A DNA stretch of 64,000 nt from Eledone cirrhosa. Lineage: Eukaryota. Location: positions 30,628,001 through 30,692,000 of the forward strand of contig OZ024743.1 of the NCBI GenBank assembly GCA_964016885.1. The letters run 5' to 3'. Position numbers and translations under genes: made by a program. Shown piece by piece: positions 1-14,862 of the stretch. The notes below the pieces were generated by a model. The model was not told the DNA's origin. It saw nothing but the letters and a program-made list of their open reading frames with translations, and did not search any database. Positions within the stretch are counted from its first letter, which is position 1, and every line of letters starts with the position of its first letter.

Positions 1-159
1 GGAACAACCCTACAAAATTTAATCAAATCGTGGAAACAGGACTGCGAGAATGCAGAAATTATTTCCCTTAAACGGTGGGAAAAATCCGAAAACTGGTTCC
101 TCAAATATGAAGAAGACTTTAAAAGGACGCACCAAACAGGTAACCCCTTTATAAAACAT

Positions 160-2960
160 TTGAACATAACAAGAACTACAACAGACACATTTACACCACC
201 AAACCCAACACACACTATCCACACGCACATTCCCCACCAACACAAACCAAATACGGCCAACTATACCAACAGAAACACACCCAACCACCACAACACAGGT
301 TTCCGTAGAAATGCCCCCTACATAAACCAACGACGAAATAACATAGATCCAACTCACAACACATACACCACATTCCTCAGAAGAAATCCACCCAGACCAC
401 TTGAAATCACAACAGAACTTACCCACAACCACACCAGACATCACCCTCAATCCAACAAAAGCCAACCCCCCAACCTCAACACTCTGTACCACAGAAATAA
501 CGCACCCAGACCACATGAGCCAACAACAGAACCCTTGCTCATCAACAACCACAACACATGCCACCCCCAGCATCACATTCACCCTCATGAAACAACAAGC
601 TACAGACCCACACGCAACAGACCAACAAAATATAATCACACACAAAACTACATTCCTTTTTTAGGGAAAAGCCTGAAATACCAGGATACTCGATGCCCCC
701 CCCCCCTCCCTCAGGAGAAACCAAAAATAATCAACCTCTCAAAGACACCTCTAACCAACACACAAATCAACATTTTAAGTAAGGGCCTGAAATTTACACC
801 TACACCACGTAAACCAAACTTCCCCGAAATGAAGGATGACATCATGGAATACTGCCGAAAGCTGCGACTAACGGAATTCTTCCACAACGACACCAACACT
901 GAAGACGAATCACTGGTTAGAAATAAAAGCAATTTCTGCCCACAAAAGGGAAGAAATAAAGCACTGGACACGTACTGCGAACACATCACCAACTTTCCCT
1001 ATGAAAAAATTACAAATAAACACACGAAATCAAACCTATCTACACACGAATGGGAAGAATTATTCACTCTTAGAAACAACCCTGAGATAACTTTCAAAGA
1101 AGCCGATAAAGGCAGTACTGTTGTAATTATGAATACGGACTACTATAGGATCCTCGCACTTAACATTTTAGAAAACAACACATACTATGAAAAAACAGAA
1201 AACTACAAACACACCAAAACAATGGGGAACCTTTTGACCTTACTGAATAAATACCGCAACAGCTTAACCACAAAAGAGTTTAACTATATAAGCCACTTCA
1301 AATGCAATACAAGCTCTTTTTACGGCTTACCGAAACTCCACAAATGTAAACCCATAAACGATGCATGTGACACCTCAACCAACAATTACATTGAACTAAC
1401 ACCACCAGAAGACCTAAAACTCAGGCCAATTATAGCAGGCCCTACATGTCAAACCCACAGACTTAGCAACTTTCTGGACATCCTACTGAAACCCTTTCTA
1501 CAACATATACAGAGCTACATACGAGATGACCTTGACATGCTGAAACACCTCCCTAAAACAGTAAGTGCAAATATAATTCTTGTCTCCTTTGACGTAATAA
1601 ACCTCTACACAAACATACCCCACAATTATGGAATAACAGCAGTCCAATACTGGCTTAACACACACCCATCAGAAATACCGACACGCATCAACAAAGATTT
1701 TATCACTGACGGACTCCGCTTTATCCTACAAAATAACTACTTCACATTCTATGGTTCAACATACAGACAAGTATCAGGTACGGCAATGGGCACGAAAGTA
1801 GCACCCACATATGCCAACCTAATCATGGGATTCCATGAACAACAAATATACAGTCAGTCCCTTCTCTTATTTGGAGACTCTTTCCACACACACCTCAAAG
1901 CCAATTGGAAATGATATCTAGACGACTGCTTTATCCTATGGCAAGAAGACATGAACTCACTTACTATGTTTAAAAACATGATAAACAACATAGATAATAA
2001 CATACAATTCACAATGGAATCCAATCCCAAAGAATTAGCATTCTTGGATCATCTCTGTAATAGACGGGAAATTAGATACAGATATATTCTATAAACCCAC
2101 AGATTCCAAGCAATACCTCTTTTTCACATCAAGTCACCCAAAACATACAAAACTTAACATTCCTTACAATTTGGCCAAAAGTATATGTACCATAGTATCA
2201 GATCCACCTAAACGGGAGCAAAGACTAAAGGAACTAAAAGACTAAGAGCCTTTCCACTTGAAATAATCAACAATAGAATAGACAGGGCAAAACACCTAAA
2301 TCCCCATCAACTTAACAATCCAAAACGGAAAACCACACTCAACACCCTGCCATATGTATCCACTTTCAACCCCAGAAATACCGAAATGTTTGATCACCTA
2401 CACAAAAACCTCCCCATCCTACTTAAAGATGTAAAAATGAAGTCTATTCTTGAAACACACAAGATCCTTAAAAGTAAAAGACAACCCAAATCACTAAAAC
2501 GCATTCTCACTGGACCAAATATACCCAAACCAATCCTCAACCCTACAGTTACCAAATGTGGTAGAACAAACTGTGGAACATGCCTCTACCTCACTGAAGG
2601 ACAAAAATGTACATTTAAAGATGGCCAAACATTTACAGTAAAAAATAATTTCACCTGCAACTCGGAGAACTTGATTTACGCAATAACTTGCGGTGGGTGC
2701 AAACACAACTACATAGGACAGACGGGCACTCATTACGCAAAAGAATGACCATCCACCACCAACAAATCCGGGACGCTATCACAAGAAAAATCCCATTGAG
2801 CAGCCATATTGCGAACTGCGCAGGAATGACACTACCCAACTTTAAAATCTTCCCCTTCTACAAGTGCTCAGATTCGTTCACACAGCAACAAAGAATAAAC
2901 AAAGAAAATCTATTCCTTAACAAATTTAAACCAAAACTAAACGGGTTATCACCCCAATAG
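160..2960 (+). pseudogene. PLE reverse transcriptase + GIY-YIG endonuclease, disrupted
   Basis: Motifs NLS..LSKGLKFTP, ADKG, FYGLPKLHK, LRPII, FDVINLYTNIP, GTAMGTKVAPTYANL. Stop at 1912-1914 just before YLDDCF; frameshifts after about 2050. Linker CGRTNCGTC (Neptune-type Cys motif); NLIYAITCGGCKHNYIGQTG; C-terminal E..F...FKPKLN. Confidence 0.93.
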
Positions 2961-3284
2961 AATTGTCATAAAATATAAACACACATACGCACGGAGTGAC
3001 AGATATATGTGTTTGTATGTGTGCATGTATATAATTATCACTACTATTAAAGACCAGAGACCAATTCTGTAGAATCAGGTTTATTCGTTGACAGACCATG
3101 TCTTTGTGTGACCAACACATCCATGTTAAACCCTGCACGTGCACACACATATATCTATATATATATGCGCACACAGAATTCACCACTGTCGGTTGCGGGG
3201 CCCAATCTACATGAAGAACTCAATGTGATCAGAATGACTTGTATTTTAATTTCACTGTCCTAACTTCTTATATTATGGGAAAAA

Positions 3285-3785
3285 TATATGTGTATGTATG
3301 TATATATATATATTTGGAGGCCATTTCTCTGTATGTAGGTGTATGTGTGTGTGTATATATGTGTGTGTGTGTGTGTGTGTGTATGCGTGTGCATGTGGAT
3401 GTATGTATTGTGTGTGCGTATGTGTGTGTGTGTATGTATGTGTGTATCTGGATGTATGCGTATGTGTATATATATATGTGTGTGTGTGTGTATATATATG
3501 TGTGTGTATGTGTATATGTGTGTGTGTGTGTTTGTATGTGTGTATGTATATATATGTGTGTGTGTATGTATGTGTGGGGGGTGTATCTGGATGTATGTGT
3601 ATGTATATATATATGTGTGTGTGTGTGTGTATATATATATATGTGTGTGTGTATGTGCATATATATGTGTGTGTGTATGTGTGTGTGTATATATATGTAT
3701 GTGTGTGTGTATGTATGTGTGTATATGTGTGTATGTATATGTATATGTATGTATGTGTGGATGAAGGTATGTGTGTATATATAGG
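3285..3785. repeat. Compound (TG)n/(TA)n microsatellite inside the PLE 3' UTR
   Basis: Directly visible; explains the low-complexity ORFs. Confidence 0.95.
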
Positions 3786-4281
3786 TGTAAGTGCACTAAA
3801 TCCCTTTCTATCAATCTCCCCTCTCCAACCTACCACAGGAAGATATATGTATGTATATTGCTTCCACTCCCTCACTGACCAGCAGCTGGCCACCTGGCCA
3901 TTGCTAAATTTGACCTTTATAAAATAACCCACAACCCCAAGTAACTTCTCATTCACTACCAGAAAGGCATCCAGCAGTCGACGAACTGCTACCAAGATGA
4001 AAACTACTGTGAAATCCCACAATGAATTTTATACTTGAATTTTCAAATCTCAAATTTGAACTCTTCTTATTATTAATTTTTCTTAATATTAATCAACATT
4101 TGAAAAAAATGGCTTTTGCAGACCCATCGAAACCGGTCATTTTTTATACCCTTTATTATTTCTTTACCTTATAAAATTATATGCTTTTTCACAAAAAAGT
4201 ATTCTGTCTCTTATATATTCCATGTGCCATTACCAACCTCAATTTTCTCTATAACCTTCGTTTTGTGTAGTAAATTACACT

Positions 4282-4317
<36 letters not shown>

Positions 4318-4611
4318 AGAGTTTTATGAATGTTTTTATAATTTTTTTGGCACCCTTGAAATATATATATATATAAAACTACAAACCCTCCATCTCAATT
4401 CTACTTTTGAAAAGCATAAGAACTGTGAAACCCGTAAAGAAAAAAAAGAAATATTCTTATAATTACTCCTGTTGCATTTTCGATTTCATCATTTTTGCTT
4501 ATACATTGACTCGTGTAGAACATCACGTTTTTATTCATTTAAAAACAAAAAAAAACACTTTCAAACACACGCGCGCACAGACACACATATATATATACAA
4601 ATATATATATA

Positions 4612-5535
4612 TAAATGGAAAAGAAACAAACGAAATTTCATTTTTCACTCTTAATACGGCTGATACTTAAATGTAAGTATGTATGTATACGTACATACAT
4701 ACTTACATTTAATTATCAGCCGTACTAAGAGTACAGTAGTATGTATATACATACTTGCACACATATATAATAACGTATCGGTTTACCGAAAATTTATTAT
4801 AATGCTCGGTTTGTTCGTTTGTAAACAAACAAACAGCCCCAATTACGCCGTATAGGGTTCAGGCAACCGTCGTCGCCCTTTTCTTCAACACTGACACAGG
4901 AACATTTACTAGTTTCAAGCTTATTAGCTATCGTCAGCATCGTAAACATTTCTGCCAGATGATTGAACGTTTGAAAGTATATACTTTCCTTATGCATATT
5001 AACGGCTGAGCAGCCTAATTTGCATATCGAGTGAGTTAGCCGGCCGGGGCACAGAAAACGATACGTTCAAAATAATGAAACGAAATTTCATTTCTCACTC
5101 TTAGTACGGCTGATACTTAAATGTAAGTATGTATGTATACGTACATACACATATGTATACAGACGTACAGTAGTATGTATATATATACATATATGCACAC
5201 ATATATATATGTACGTATCGGTTTAGCGAACATTTATTATAATGCTCGGTTTGTTCGTTTGTAAATAAACAAACAGCCCGTATTACGATAGCTAATAAGC
5301 TTAAAACAAGTACATCGTTCCTGTGTCAGTGTTGAACAAAAGTGTGACGATGGTTGCCTGAACACTGTAGGGCGTAATCCGGGCTCTTTATTTGTTTACA
5401 AACGAACAAACCGAGCATTATAATAAATGTTCGGTAATCCGATACGTACATATAAATATGTGTTCATGTATCTATATATAAACATACTACTGTACGTCTG
5501 TATACATATGTATGTACGTATACATACATACTTAC

Positions 5536-5540
<5 letters not shown>
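4612..5540. repeat. Scrambled direct/inverted cluster of one HHR-bearing pLTR family (also at 16060-16380)
   Basis: Near-perfect hairpin 4646-4732; direct copies at about 4612-4850 and 5075-5290; 5287-5540 is an inverted copy. Confidence 0.85.
4901..4942 (-). ncRNA. Type I hammerhead ribozyme, helix I damaged
   Basis: Minus strand: cgatg CTGACGA tagc taataa gctt GAAA ctag TA aatg; sister copies read catcg/cagcg at the 3' strand. Confidence 0.65.
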
Positions 5541-5633
<93 letters not shown>

Positions 5634-5682
5634 TTACCTCCTGTAAAGTCGAGCAACCCACACAGCAAACGCAACCACAACA

Positions 5683-8007
5683 ATGGAAAAACACTACCTG
5701 GATATGTCACTCAAAAACATACCAACCCAGGGTAGAAAGGAATATTTATTGAGCATGATTCAAAAAACTAATGAATTCATTCGACGTGTCAGGTGGAAAA
5801 CGCTCCACTATGATAGAAGCCGTATGAACTCCCACATTAGAAAGTGGTGTACACAACAAATTCGGTTTTAGGACTTGTAAAAACCCACCCACCAACCCAC
5901 TATTAGATGCATTTGAGCAGGACCTTATGAACTTAATCCTTAAAATTAAATTCAAAGGACGCAACACCAACAGCAAATTACAGAAAGATATAAAAAAACT
6001 ACTGGACGACCTTAAAAACACCAAAGGAATTGTAGTAAAAGCGGACAAAACATCAAACCTGTACACTATGGATTGCACTACATACAACAACTTCATTCGA
6101 AAAGAATTACATAAAAAATATAGAAAAACGAGTGAAGTAACCCTTAAGCACATCAATGATGAGGCATGCGAAATAGTGAAAAATCTCGGAATCGAAGATA
6201 GGACAGGACCACTCTTACCGGCGGTACCCACCTTCAATCTTAAGGACCACAAGGTAAACTTTGATAATGACCCTAAAATCAGATTAATCTGCCCCTCTAA
6301 ATCAGATATAGGTAAAATAAGCAAATATATCTTAGATAGAATCATCCCCCAAATTAAGGCTAAGGTTAACATTAAACTCTGGGGGAAGACCCAAGAAGCA
6401 ATAAGATGGTTTAATAGCATTAGCAATAAGAATAAATCTAAGTTTATCCAGTTTGATATCGATGAATATTACTCATCGATATCACCTGAAACTTTGAATA
6501 GAGCCATTAAGTTTGCTAAGGATAACTCTGACCTTACAAACGATGAAATTAAGATTATATTAGAAGCTAGGAAAACTATAGTCAAATTTGAGAACAGTTA
6601 TTGGGTACGTAAAGATAGACCCTCTAACTTTGACATAACAATGGGCTCTAACGATTCGGCGGAAATAACTGATATTGTGGGGTTATTTATCGCCTTTAGA
6701 CTCCAGGAAAAATTCAGCAATCTCCACGGCGGAATATACCGCGACGATGTTCTCCTCCTAGCTAAAAACCTTAATAACCAAAAACTAGAAAAACTACGCA
6801 AAGATATAAGAAAACTACTACTCGAAATAGGACTAACTATAACATATGAATACAACCTTAAAGTAGTTAACTTCCTGGATGTCACACTCAATTTAAACTC
6901 GGGTTTGATTAAACCGTTTCATAAATTGAATGAAAATCTCAAATACGTAAATGTTGGGTCTAACCACCCCATCTCTATAATTAAATCTATCCCTAAAAAT
7001 ATTTCCCTTAGAATCTCGGGTCTATCTTCTAACATACAAGTATTTAAGGAACACGCCGAGTACTACGATAACGCCCTTAGTAAAGCAGGCTACCTCAACA
7101 AAATAGAGTACATAGATGGGAACAATCAAAACACCCAAAATAAATCCCACATAGGTAGATATAATAACACAACACCAAACCACACTTACTACCATAGTAT
7201 GCACACCAGTAAACCAACAAACAAAACTAATAGAAAGTGATGCAAAGAGTAATTATGGTATAACCCCGAATACAATAGCTCCATTAGTACAAATTTACCA
7301 GTACTCTTCTTTAAAATAATTAAAAGACATTTTCCCACATCACACAAATACCACAAAATCCTAAACCCTACCACTATAAGACTGTCATACTCTACAGCGT
7401 TAAACCTTGAACTACACATAAAAAAGATCAATACTAGAAGATTAAACGAAAACACTAAGAACTTAAGTACAAAGAACACAAAAAAAAAACAGTAGACAAT
7501 ACACTACAGAACATAAATAAACCACACCTAAGTTCGTCCGCAATACTACTCCAGAGAAAACCCAACGTACACAACTGTAACTGCACCTATCCTGACAACT
7601 GCCCCCTCGGCAATAACTGCCTGGAAAAAAATATTATTTATAAGTGTACCATTAAATCCGGAGGCAACGAGTGGTATTACGTGGGATCAACGGCAACATC
7701 GTTTAAATCTCGATTGTATAGGCATTCTTACTCAATAAAACACCAGAGCCAAAGAAATGTAACAACTCTAGCAGAAAAAGCTTGGACGCTCAGGGATAGC
7801 GATCAAAAGTTTACCCTAAAATGGGAAAAATTAGCTAAAACCCAAAGCTTTTCCAGGAGCCAAAATTTCTGCAAATTGTGTAATCTTGAGATTTATTACA
7901 TAATCACACACAAGAAGAAACTGCTGAATAACAGAATTGAACGAACATTATTCTGCCGTCACAGAACTAAAACCCTTTTTTCCCACTACAAGCCGAATAT
8001 TACATAA
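5683..8007 (+). pseudogene. Naiad-type PLE RT + GIY-YIG endonuclease, disrupted
   Basis: SLKNIP..Y..RRVRWK N-terminus, KADKT, LKDHK.NF, RLICPSKSDIGKISK, FIQFDIDEYYSSI, FDITMGSND, YRDD, FLDVTLNL, WYNP, CNC-x5-C-x5-C (CNCTYPDNCPLGNNC), IIYKC..YVGST, CKLCNLE, CRH; frameshift near 5860, stops at 7238 and 7250. Confidence 0.92.
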
Positions 8008-8329
8008 AAGAGGGACATCCCCCAACTATATAAACCTTAATCTAGTTAGAAAAATATAAAAACAATCTCTTCTCAACATATATTAATAACCTTAAATTAC
8101 CATACTAATAATGAAAAGATATGCTGATGAGAATAGGTACAAATATGCGATAATGAATGTGTCTAAAAACGTCCATAAGTATGTATATATATGTGAAAAT
8201 GTATATAAATAAGTAAATATATATATATGTTTGATGTGTATAGTTAGATGTAAGTGTATTCATGTATTAAAGTGCTTATATATATATATATATGTATATG
8301 TGTGTATATGTATGTTTGTGTATGTATGC

Positions 8330-8393
<64 letters not shown>

Positions 8394-8973
8394 GTATATA
8401 TGTATGTATATATGTGTATGTATATATGTGTATATGGATGTGTATGTATGTGTATGTGTGTACACATGGACTAGAGTATGTATGTATATATGTGTGTGTC
8501 TATACGTGTGTATATAAAGATAAGTTGAGTATGAAAATGTATGAGCGCGTATGTATGTACATGAATACATGTGTGTATATATATGTGTATGCATGTGTAT
8601 ATATATGTAAGTATGAATATGTGAATTGTGTGTATATGTATTTTGTAGAGGTGTGCAAATATATTTGTGTGTGAATGCGTGGGTGAAAGGATACGTACAC
8701 TTGAAAGAAAAATTTAAGCCTGAATGTTAATTAAGTGCAAACACAAAACCAACCACGCATATCTTCACTATCTCTAATCCTTCCATAGATTTAGAAAAAT
8801 AACCAATAATATATTCTATAAAAAATGTCAAAACAACAGATGGGAATCTAATTACTCACTGCCACCAAGAATTCTCACTGCTATCGAAAAACCACTCCTT
8901 CAACTATTCTTCTAACAACTTCACCCCTCCCTCCTAATATTCTCTATAAAAACTAAATAGGTCCTCAGTAATA

Positions 8974-9090
8974 TTATTCTGATGAAATGACAGTAAATAA
9001 TAACATTGAAATATTGAATGTCTGCATAACTAAAAGTTTGTAGATAGCTGTTTTAGGTTATGTAACTGTTATAGAAACACGTGTCAATAA
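8974..9090 (+). ncRNA. Type I hammerhead ribozyme with expanded helix II
   Basis: ttatt CTGATGA a-atgacagt ...(~70 nt)... actgttat-a GAAA cacgtg TC aataa; palindromic helix III, GUC site. Confidence 0.8.
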
Positions 9091-9124
9091 ATTCCTTTCA
9101 ACTAAACTGTATCCATTCAAATCT

Positions 9125-9170
<46 letters not shown>

Positions 9171-12100
9171 ATATATAAATATATATATATATATATGGGT
9201 GTGTGTGCGTGTGTGTGTGTTTGTATGTGTGTGTGTAAGTGTGTATCTGTGTATATGTGTATGTGTGTGTGACTGTGTGTATGTATTGTAAATATCAGAG
9301 TAAGATGCTGCTATAATATAAATATTTAAAAAGTTCGGATGTCTACATACCTAACCAAGTATCATATATTTCCTATGAAGTGTAAAGTTCAATATCACCA
9401 GTTTAAACTAAGTGTAATTTATGAAAGCAGGGATGGAAACTAATTACGAATTCTATAATTGGATAAGAATGTTGAGAGGTTTTGCAAAAGTTGAATAATG
9501 TAACCTAATCACTTCTTGCTGGTAAATTTGTTGAATTTTGAATATTACATATGAAGTACTTTATCAGGAATATCATTCATTACCTTTAGTAGCGATAAAG
9601 ATTAATATTGTTTTACTAGAAGATTCACAAGGTTGGCATTACCGCCCCAATGCCAACGATAAACTGAAAATATGTGCAAGCGAGGAAGATATAGAGAGCA
9701 CTGTGATACTACATGTGTACGAGTCAACATGATTCAGCTGTGGTAATGAAGAATATGAATATGAAAATATATCTCTAATAATATTTTTTTAAATACATGC
9801 AACTGCTACAGGATCAAAGATGAAATGTAAGTAGGGCAGTATCGTCGATTCAGGATATATATTCCGTTACTCACAAACGATTTTATCAATACGATTGTCA
9901 CCCATTTATGTTATTGATAAGGGATACAATTAAGCTAGATACTATTGGTGAAGAAATGACCATACAAGCTACTCTTTAGATTCTACATACCACTGTGCAA
10001 CAGGATAGTGGTTGTCATTAACAATAAATGTTTTTTACTAAGTACTATACATTGTCACATTGATGTGGTAGACATGGTATTTGTGAGGTTTCCCCACCAG
10101 TAAATTAATCATTTTTTCTCCAAATAACGATTTAGGGGTAGTTAGTATTGTATTCATAAAGGATGAAAAAATTACTTAGGAATCATTATCTATGTATTTG
10201 CTAATAAGCTCTGAATGAGAATCAACGTTTCTTAATACGAACACTTTTTTTAAGAAAGCGAGATTACGCATAAACATCTAATTTCAGTATCACCTGCTGG
10301 AAATCTGTGGATGGTGAACAGGCACCCAGGCTTTATTCCTCAACAAAAGGTGTCTGTACAAAATGTATCACAATACATACTATATTGACACCTTATAATT
10401 ATAATTAACTAAATCTGAAACTATTCTCTCAATGACATAAGAACTAAATCACTTACCATTGGAAAGGGAGGTTCGATGGTTGTAGAAAAGCGTATAACAT
10501 TTTGCAAAACCTTATTAGTGACATACATTATACGTCAAATTTATCATTCAAGTAAAATGAAATCAATTTTCTCCTGTGACAGACAAAAGATTGAAGACAA
10601 AAGAATGAAATTAATCATTAGAATACGGTCATGCTGTGGCGCAACCTTAATCAATCATATTCCAGATAGTACATATTTGTTTAGGACAGTTGTATATTTT
10701 ATAGATCTCGCTTCGGATAAACGCTAAGTCACTGAAATCAGCACAAAGACGGAAACGTAATTTTAGGCTGGAATACTCCGCCATATATATATATATACGA
10801 CTAGGATTTGCAGCTACCCTTTATCAACTACTAACAATGATCAACATAAGATGTTACAAGGCATTTATTTTCGTCGCAGTGTTATGTCCGTGTCTGCATG
10901 TGCATTTGTCTCAAAGCATATTATGTTGAAGTTAAACATGTAATGTTGAATCATTTATAAGTCTGCCATGGCTTTATTTACTCAAAGAAAATAAGATGAT
11001 TACTCGACGCCATTAATATCACTGTTTTAAAGCCTGATGAATCTGGAAATATGCTCGTTTTGAAGATTCCATGTTTGTTTAATGAAAAAAACAATTTCAA
11101 TTTCCGGAATTGATTCAATTAGAAAGCAACAAGTTTTATGAATTGGTACTTACATTCAAAAATGTTTGTAACACCAATTTATACAACTTTTCTTTGGATT
11201 GTGAACGGTAATGAAAAGGTTTCCATTTGTGTTTCTATCAGCGTATGTATTTGGACGTGTATTTCGTACTGTTTCGGACATTTAAAAATTGGAGTAAAAC
11301 TCATTTAAAGCGACGCCTGTGGTCAGAGTTGCTAATCAATCTAACGGCATAATTAGATTTGATAAATCAGATAACTTTATGATTCATTGCCCCATCATAA
11401 ATTTGGTCATTTAAACATCCTAGAGCGTGAGTATATGACGTAGTTTCGTGATAAGTCAGCAATGATATCAAATAACAAAAAGTTGCAAATTGCTTTGTTT
11501 TGATTAGTAGCATGCCAGTGCTACGAATGAATAGTATTCCGTAATGGCAAAGAATAATTTGTATAACATTATTCATAGCATATTTATGAATGATACCAAT
11601 GTCATTTTTATTGGGTTAAATAATGTTTGAATGCTTAACTGTAGAATGTTTAGCATTCCGTTTAAATGAGACTTATGTCAGATCAGATATTTATATGTTT
11701 AATTATTTGCTTACGTCGAAAGTTAGTTAATGTCATGAAAGAAATTGTAATTAGATATATTTCTAAGTTAAATAATTACATAGATATCTTTCGTACATAG
11801 GTTTATTTGTTTGGTAAACGTTATTAGACCTATCTGATTAAATGAACATATTTTATTCCTTTACAGCTAGTGTATATTAGCCATTAATTTATTCCTGCAA
11901 ACTATTAAAGTCACTTCATACTTTTATTGTTTTATAAACAAACAGTGATCATCTTATGAAAATAATTATGAAGTGGGAAGTTCCTAGTCTTGAAGCAAAA
12001 TGTTTTCACGAAGGGCTGTTCTGCTAGAAAACGGCTTGCAGGTGGCGGATAGTGATACGATCACCAGATATGATGGTGCGTTGCGATATAAGCGGGCAAC

Positions 12101-14769
12101 TTCCGGACGAATAATCAATCCCGGATCAACAGCGGTATACTACTAAACGTGATCAATCAATGAGTGATACCTGTAACTCCAAAGAAAAATCTCACAATCC
12201 AGTGCTGTAGCTAGGAAGAGTCGAGTAAAGTCAGCCTCTAAAAAACCTGACAAATATCCTTCTTTCAACAGAGTCCTGAACACCTGTAATAACATCAACG
12301 GGTTCACTATATTATTTATTATTCAATACGTTATTTTAATACCTGAATCTCATTCGATCATGCACAATGGTTTAAATGTAATCACAAATGTCAAACAGAA
12401 ATGTTTGCAGTTTTATCGTAACACACTACCCTCAATTATTTACAGCAATTTAACCTATTAAAACACTTAATAAAAACCAGTGAGCAATAACAATTACACT
12501 GCCGCTAACACCAACTATTTCCTCTGCGATATAACTGCATGCTTATGAGATTCGTTTACCACTATTTCGTCAATATGAGAAACATCTCTAAATATTACAT
12601 TTCCGCCGGTAGCATTTAGTCACGTTTATGGGATATTCATTATTGAATACATACATAATACGAGTGAAGAAATACCACAATGTAGTTCAGTGCTAATATA
12701 TTCAACAGAATATGTGATATACGGAAAATAGTGTATTTTAATAAACATAAAAAAGCATTTCATGGTCTGTCAATGCTGATATAAATCAGGCAGCAATTCA
12801 TAAGCGCATAAAATGTCAATCTTGATTATCGTAAAACATAACATTTTGATATGAAAATAGTAATTTTAAATGTCAGACGTTTAATATTATTAAACACGAA
12901 ATACCACACTTTATGAAACTGACATATTCTTTCAGCTAATCAGGTGTTTCATGTTTTAGATTAGCCAAATAAAAAGGTTTTATCATAAGTTCAGAATCAT
13001 GATGCTAAAACATAGGAAGAATGTGTAATCGAAATTGCTTGCCTTGCTGAACTATAGGAAAATGACTTATGCTTTTAAATTGCACACGCTACTAGGAAGT
13101 AATACCTTTATTCTCTCACATTTCATGGATCTCATTGCACTTGGGTAATTCCCTATAATAAAAACGAATGATACCTGAAATTTCGTGGCTCAAATTAAGC
13201 ACTTGGTGGTAATGCAAATTGTTTATATATTAGCTCTACTTGCCTGGGAACGGCAGAGCATAAACGGGGAGAATCTTCTTCTGTTGGTGGCGTGAAACTG
13301 TGCCGCCAGTCTTTGGACAAATGTAAAATAAATTAAAAAAGGATTATTTACTTAGTTTTGTCGATCAGGAAAGTCTATTTTTATACCAGTATTTCTCATG
13401 GAGGTAAACTACTTTCTGACGTACGGACATACACATTTCGACGCAACACACGATGCATCTTACGAAATTTGGTTATGGACGTCCAATGCAAGTGTTTTCT
13501 AATATTGCTATCAAAAATTACCATCGCGCGTATTCCGTATCTCGAAGTAACGCATTCCGTTACACTTTTCATTCTGTAAACATACGATCTGGTGCAAAAT
13601 AATTCATAATGTATTTCAAAATGTATTGATATGTCTTGGCGGTAAATAATACCAATTAGAATAATGTTAGTCAACACATACGTTTATAGATTCCCATGCT
13701 TGTGTGAAGCCAGGACTTTAAATTCAATGTTGAGTATTTTATGGTCATATTCTTCGTACAATATTTTCCACTAGCTGTGAATATATGTCTTATTTTCGCA
13801 ATATATGTCCGCTTCAGGAGGTTATATGCTCAACTCCACATGGGTGAAGTCCAAGTTGCAATTTCTATCATTATATCGCCTACATTGAAATACGATTCTC
13901 GAAACAAAACATACTGTGGCGGATATCTGGCTATAAGTTACTATGTCATAAGATTTACAGTAATCGTTGTTCGCTTATCCTTTAGACTGCCAGTGGCTGT
14001 TCGAATCTAACGGGTGGCGCAGGTAACGTTTTGTCCGCCCACTGGATAATATCCCTAGCGTACATTAATTTTTCTTAGTCAAAAGCATTCGTCGAAGCTG
14101 TTAATTCAAGTTAGATTTAAATTGAAAATACTTAAGAATCTGAATGGTTGTGTTTCTTTGTGCTGATTAATATAACTTCAATTAACGATTGTAATGATCA
14201 GTTTCACTAATGGTAGCAAAGAAGCAAACCATATAGCAGATGTGAATTCGAGTCCCACTGGTGTGGCTGTCCAATTATCCTCCGTGCAGGAGTATATTTG
14301 ACTGACATTGGCAGCTTTTCATAGTAAAAAAACGTTGGAGCCATATATACAGGCTCTTTCTTCTGAATGATTTATATAGCTTAAATAAAAAGTAAATTGG
14401 GCAGTCACAGTTTAGTGCAAAAGAAGCACAGCCGGGATTATCGACAAATGGGAGTTCGAGTCCCACGTGTGACACACTCTACCTTTGAGCGTCTAAAGTT
14501 TTTATACGCTACATATGCTATTTTTCATAATCATAAGCCAGCCTTAAAGATGCCAGTTTTTAGTTAGCTTTCTATTTAACATTCTTAATTCACTCAACGA
14601 TGCCAAAAATAGACTGTAGACACACACATATATATATGTATACATGCATATGTTCTTTTAGCTGATTTTTATAAGTTATTTTATAGCACCTTACTGCAAT
14701 TGAAGTTTTTCTGCGCCTAAGCTGAGCACATGACGTGTGTGTGCATACATACACACTTATACACACGCA

Positions 14770-14862
14770 CATATCTATCTATCTATCTATCGATAGCTCT
14801 GTCTCGCTCTCTCTCTATCCCTCTCACTGTCACGCTCTCTCTCTCTCTCTCTCTCTCTGTCA

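Larger units (their letters stand above)
1..4290 (+). mobile_element. Penelope-like retroelement, Neptune-type; may extend beyond the left window edge; degraded
   Basis: RT and GIY-YIG coding region 160-2960, then a long microsatellite-rich 3' UTR and a pLTR-like tail with an HHR 3' half (GAAACCGGTC, about 4129-4138) ending at (TA)n near 4290. Confidence 0.9.
5630..9125 (+). mobile_element. Near full-length Naiad-type Penelope-like element bounded by (TA)n
   Basis: Coding 5683-8007, microsatellite-rich UTR 8210-8680, terminal HHR 8974-9090; (TA)n on both sides. Confidence 0.9.

Noticed and set aside
1912-1914. Readthrough TGA before YLDD
   Set aside because: Best explained as an Arg codon mutated to stop; downstream frameshifts show decay
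7238-7252. In-frame TGA as selenocysteine (known in some Naiad PLEs)
   Set aside because: Lies in a basic stretch rather than a conserved Cys position and is followed by TAA; the Zn-finger cysteines use normal codons; no SECIS recognised
8124-8130. Isolated CTGATGA (also 11034 and 17858; minus 30046 and 44416)
   Set aside because: No matching helices with GAAA-NUH found
12030-12260. LINE 5' UTR relic
   Set aside because: Resemblance too faint to support
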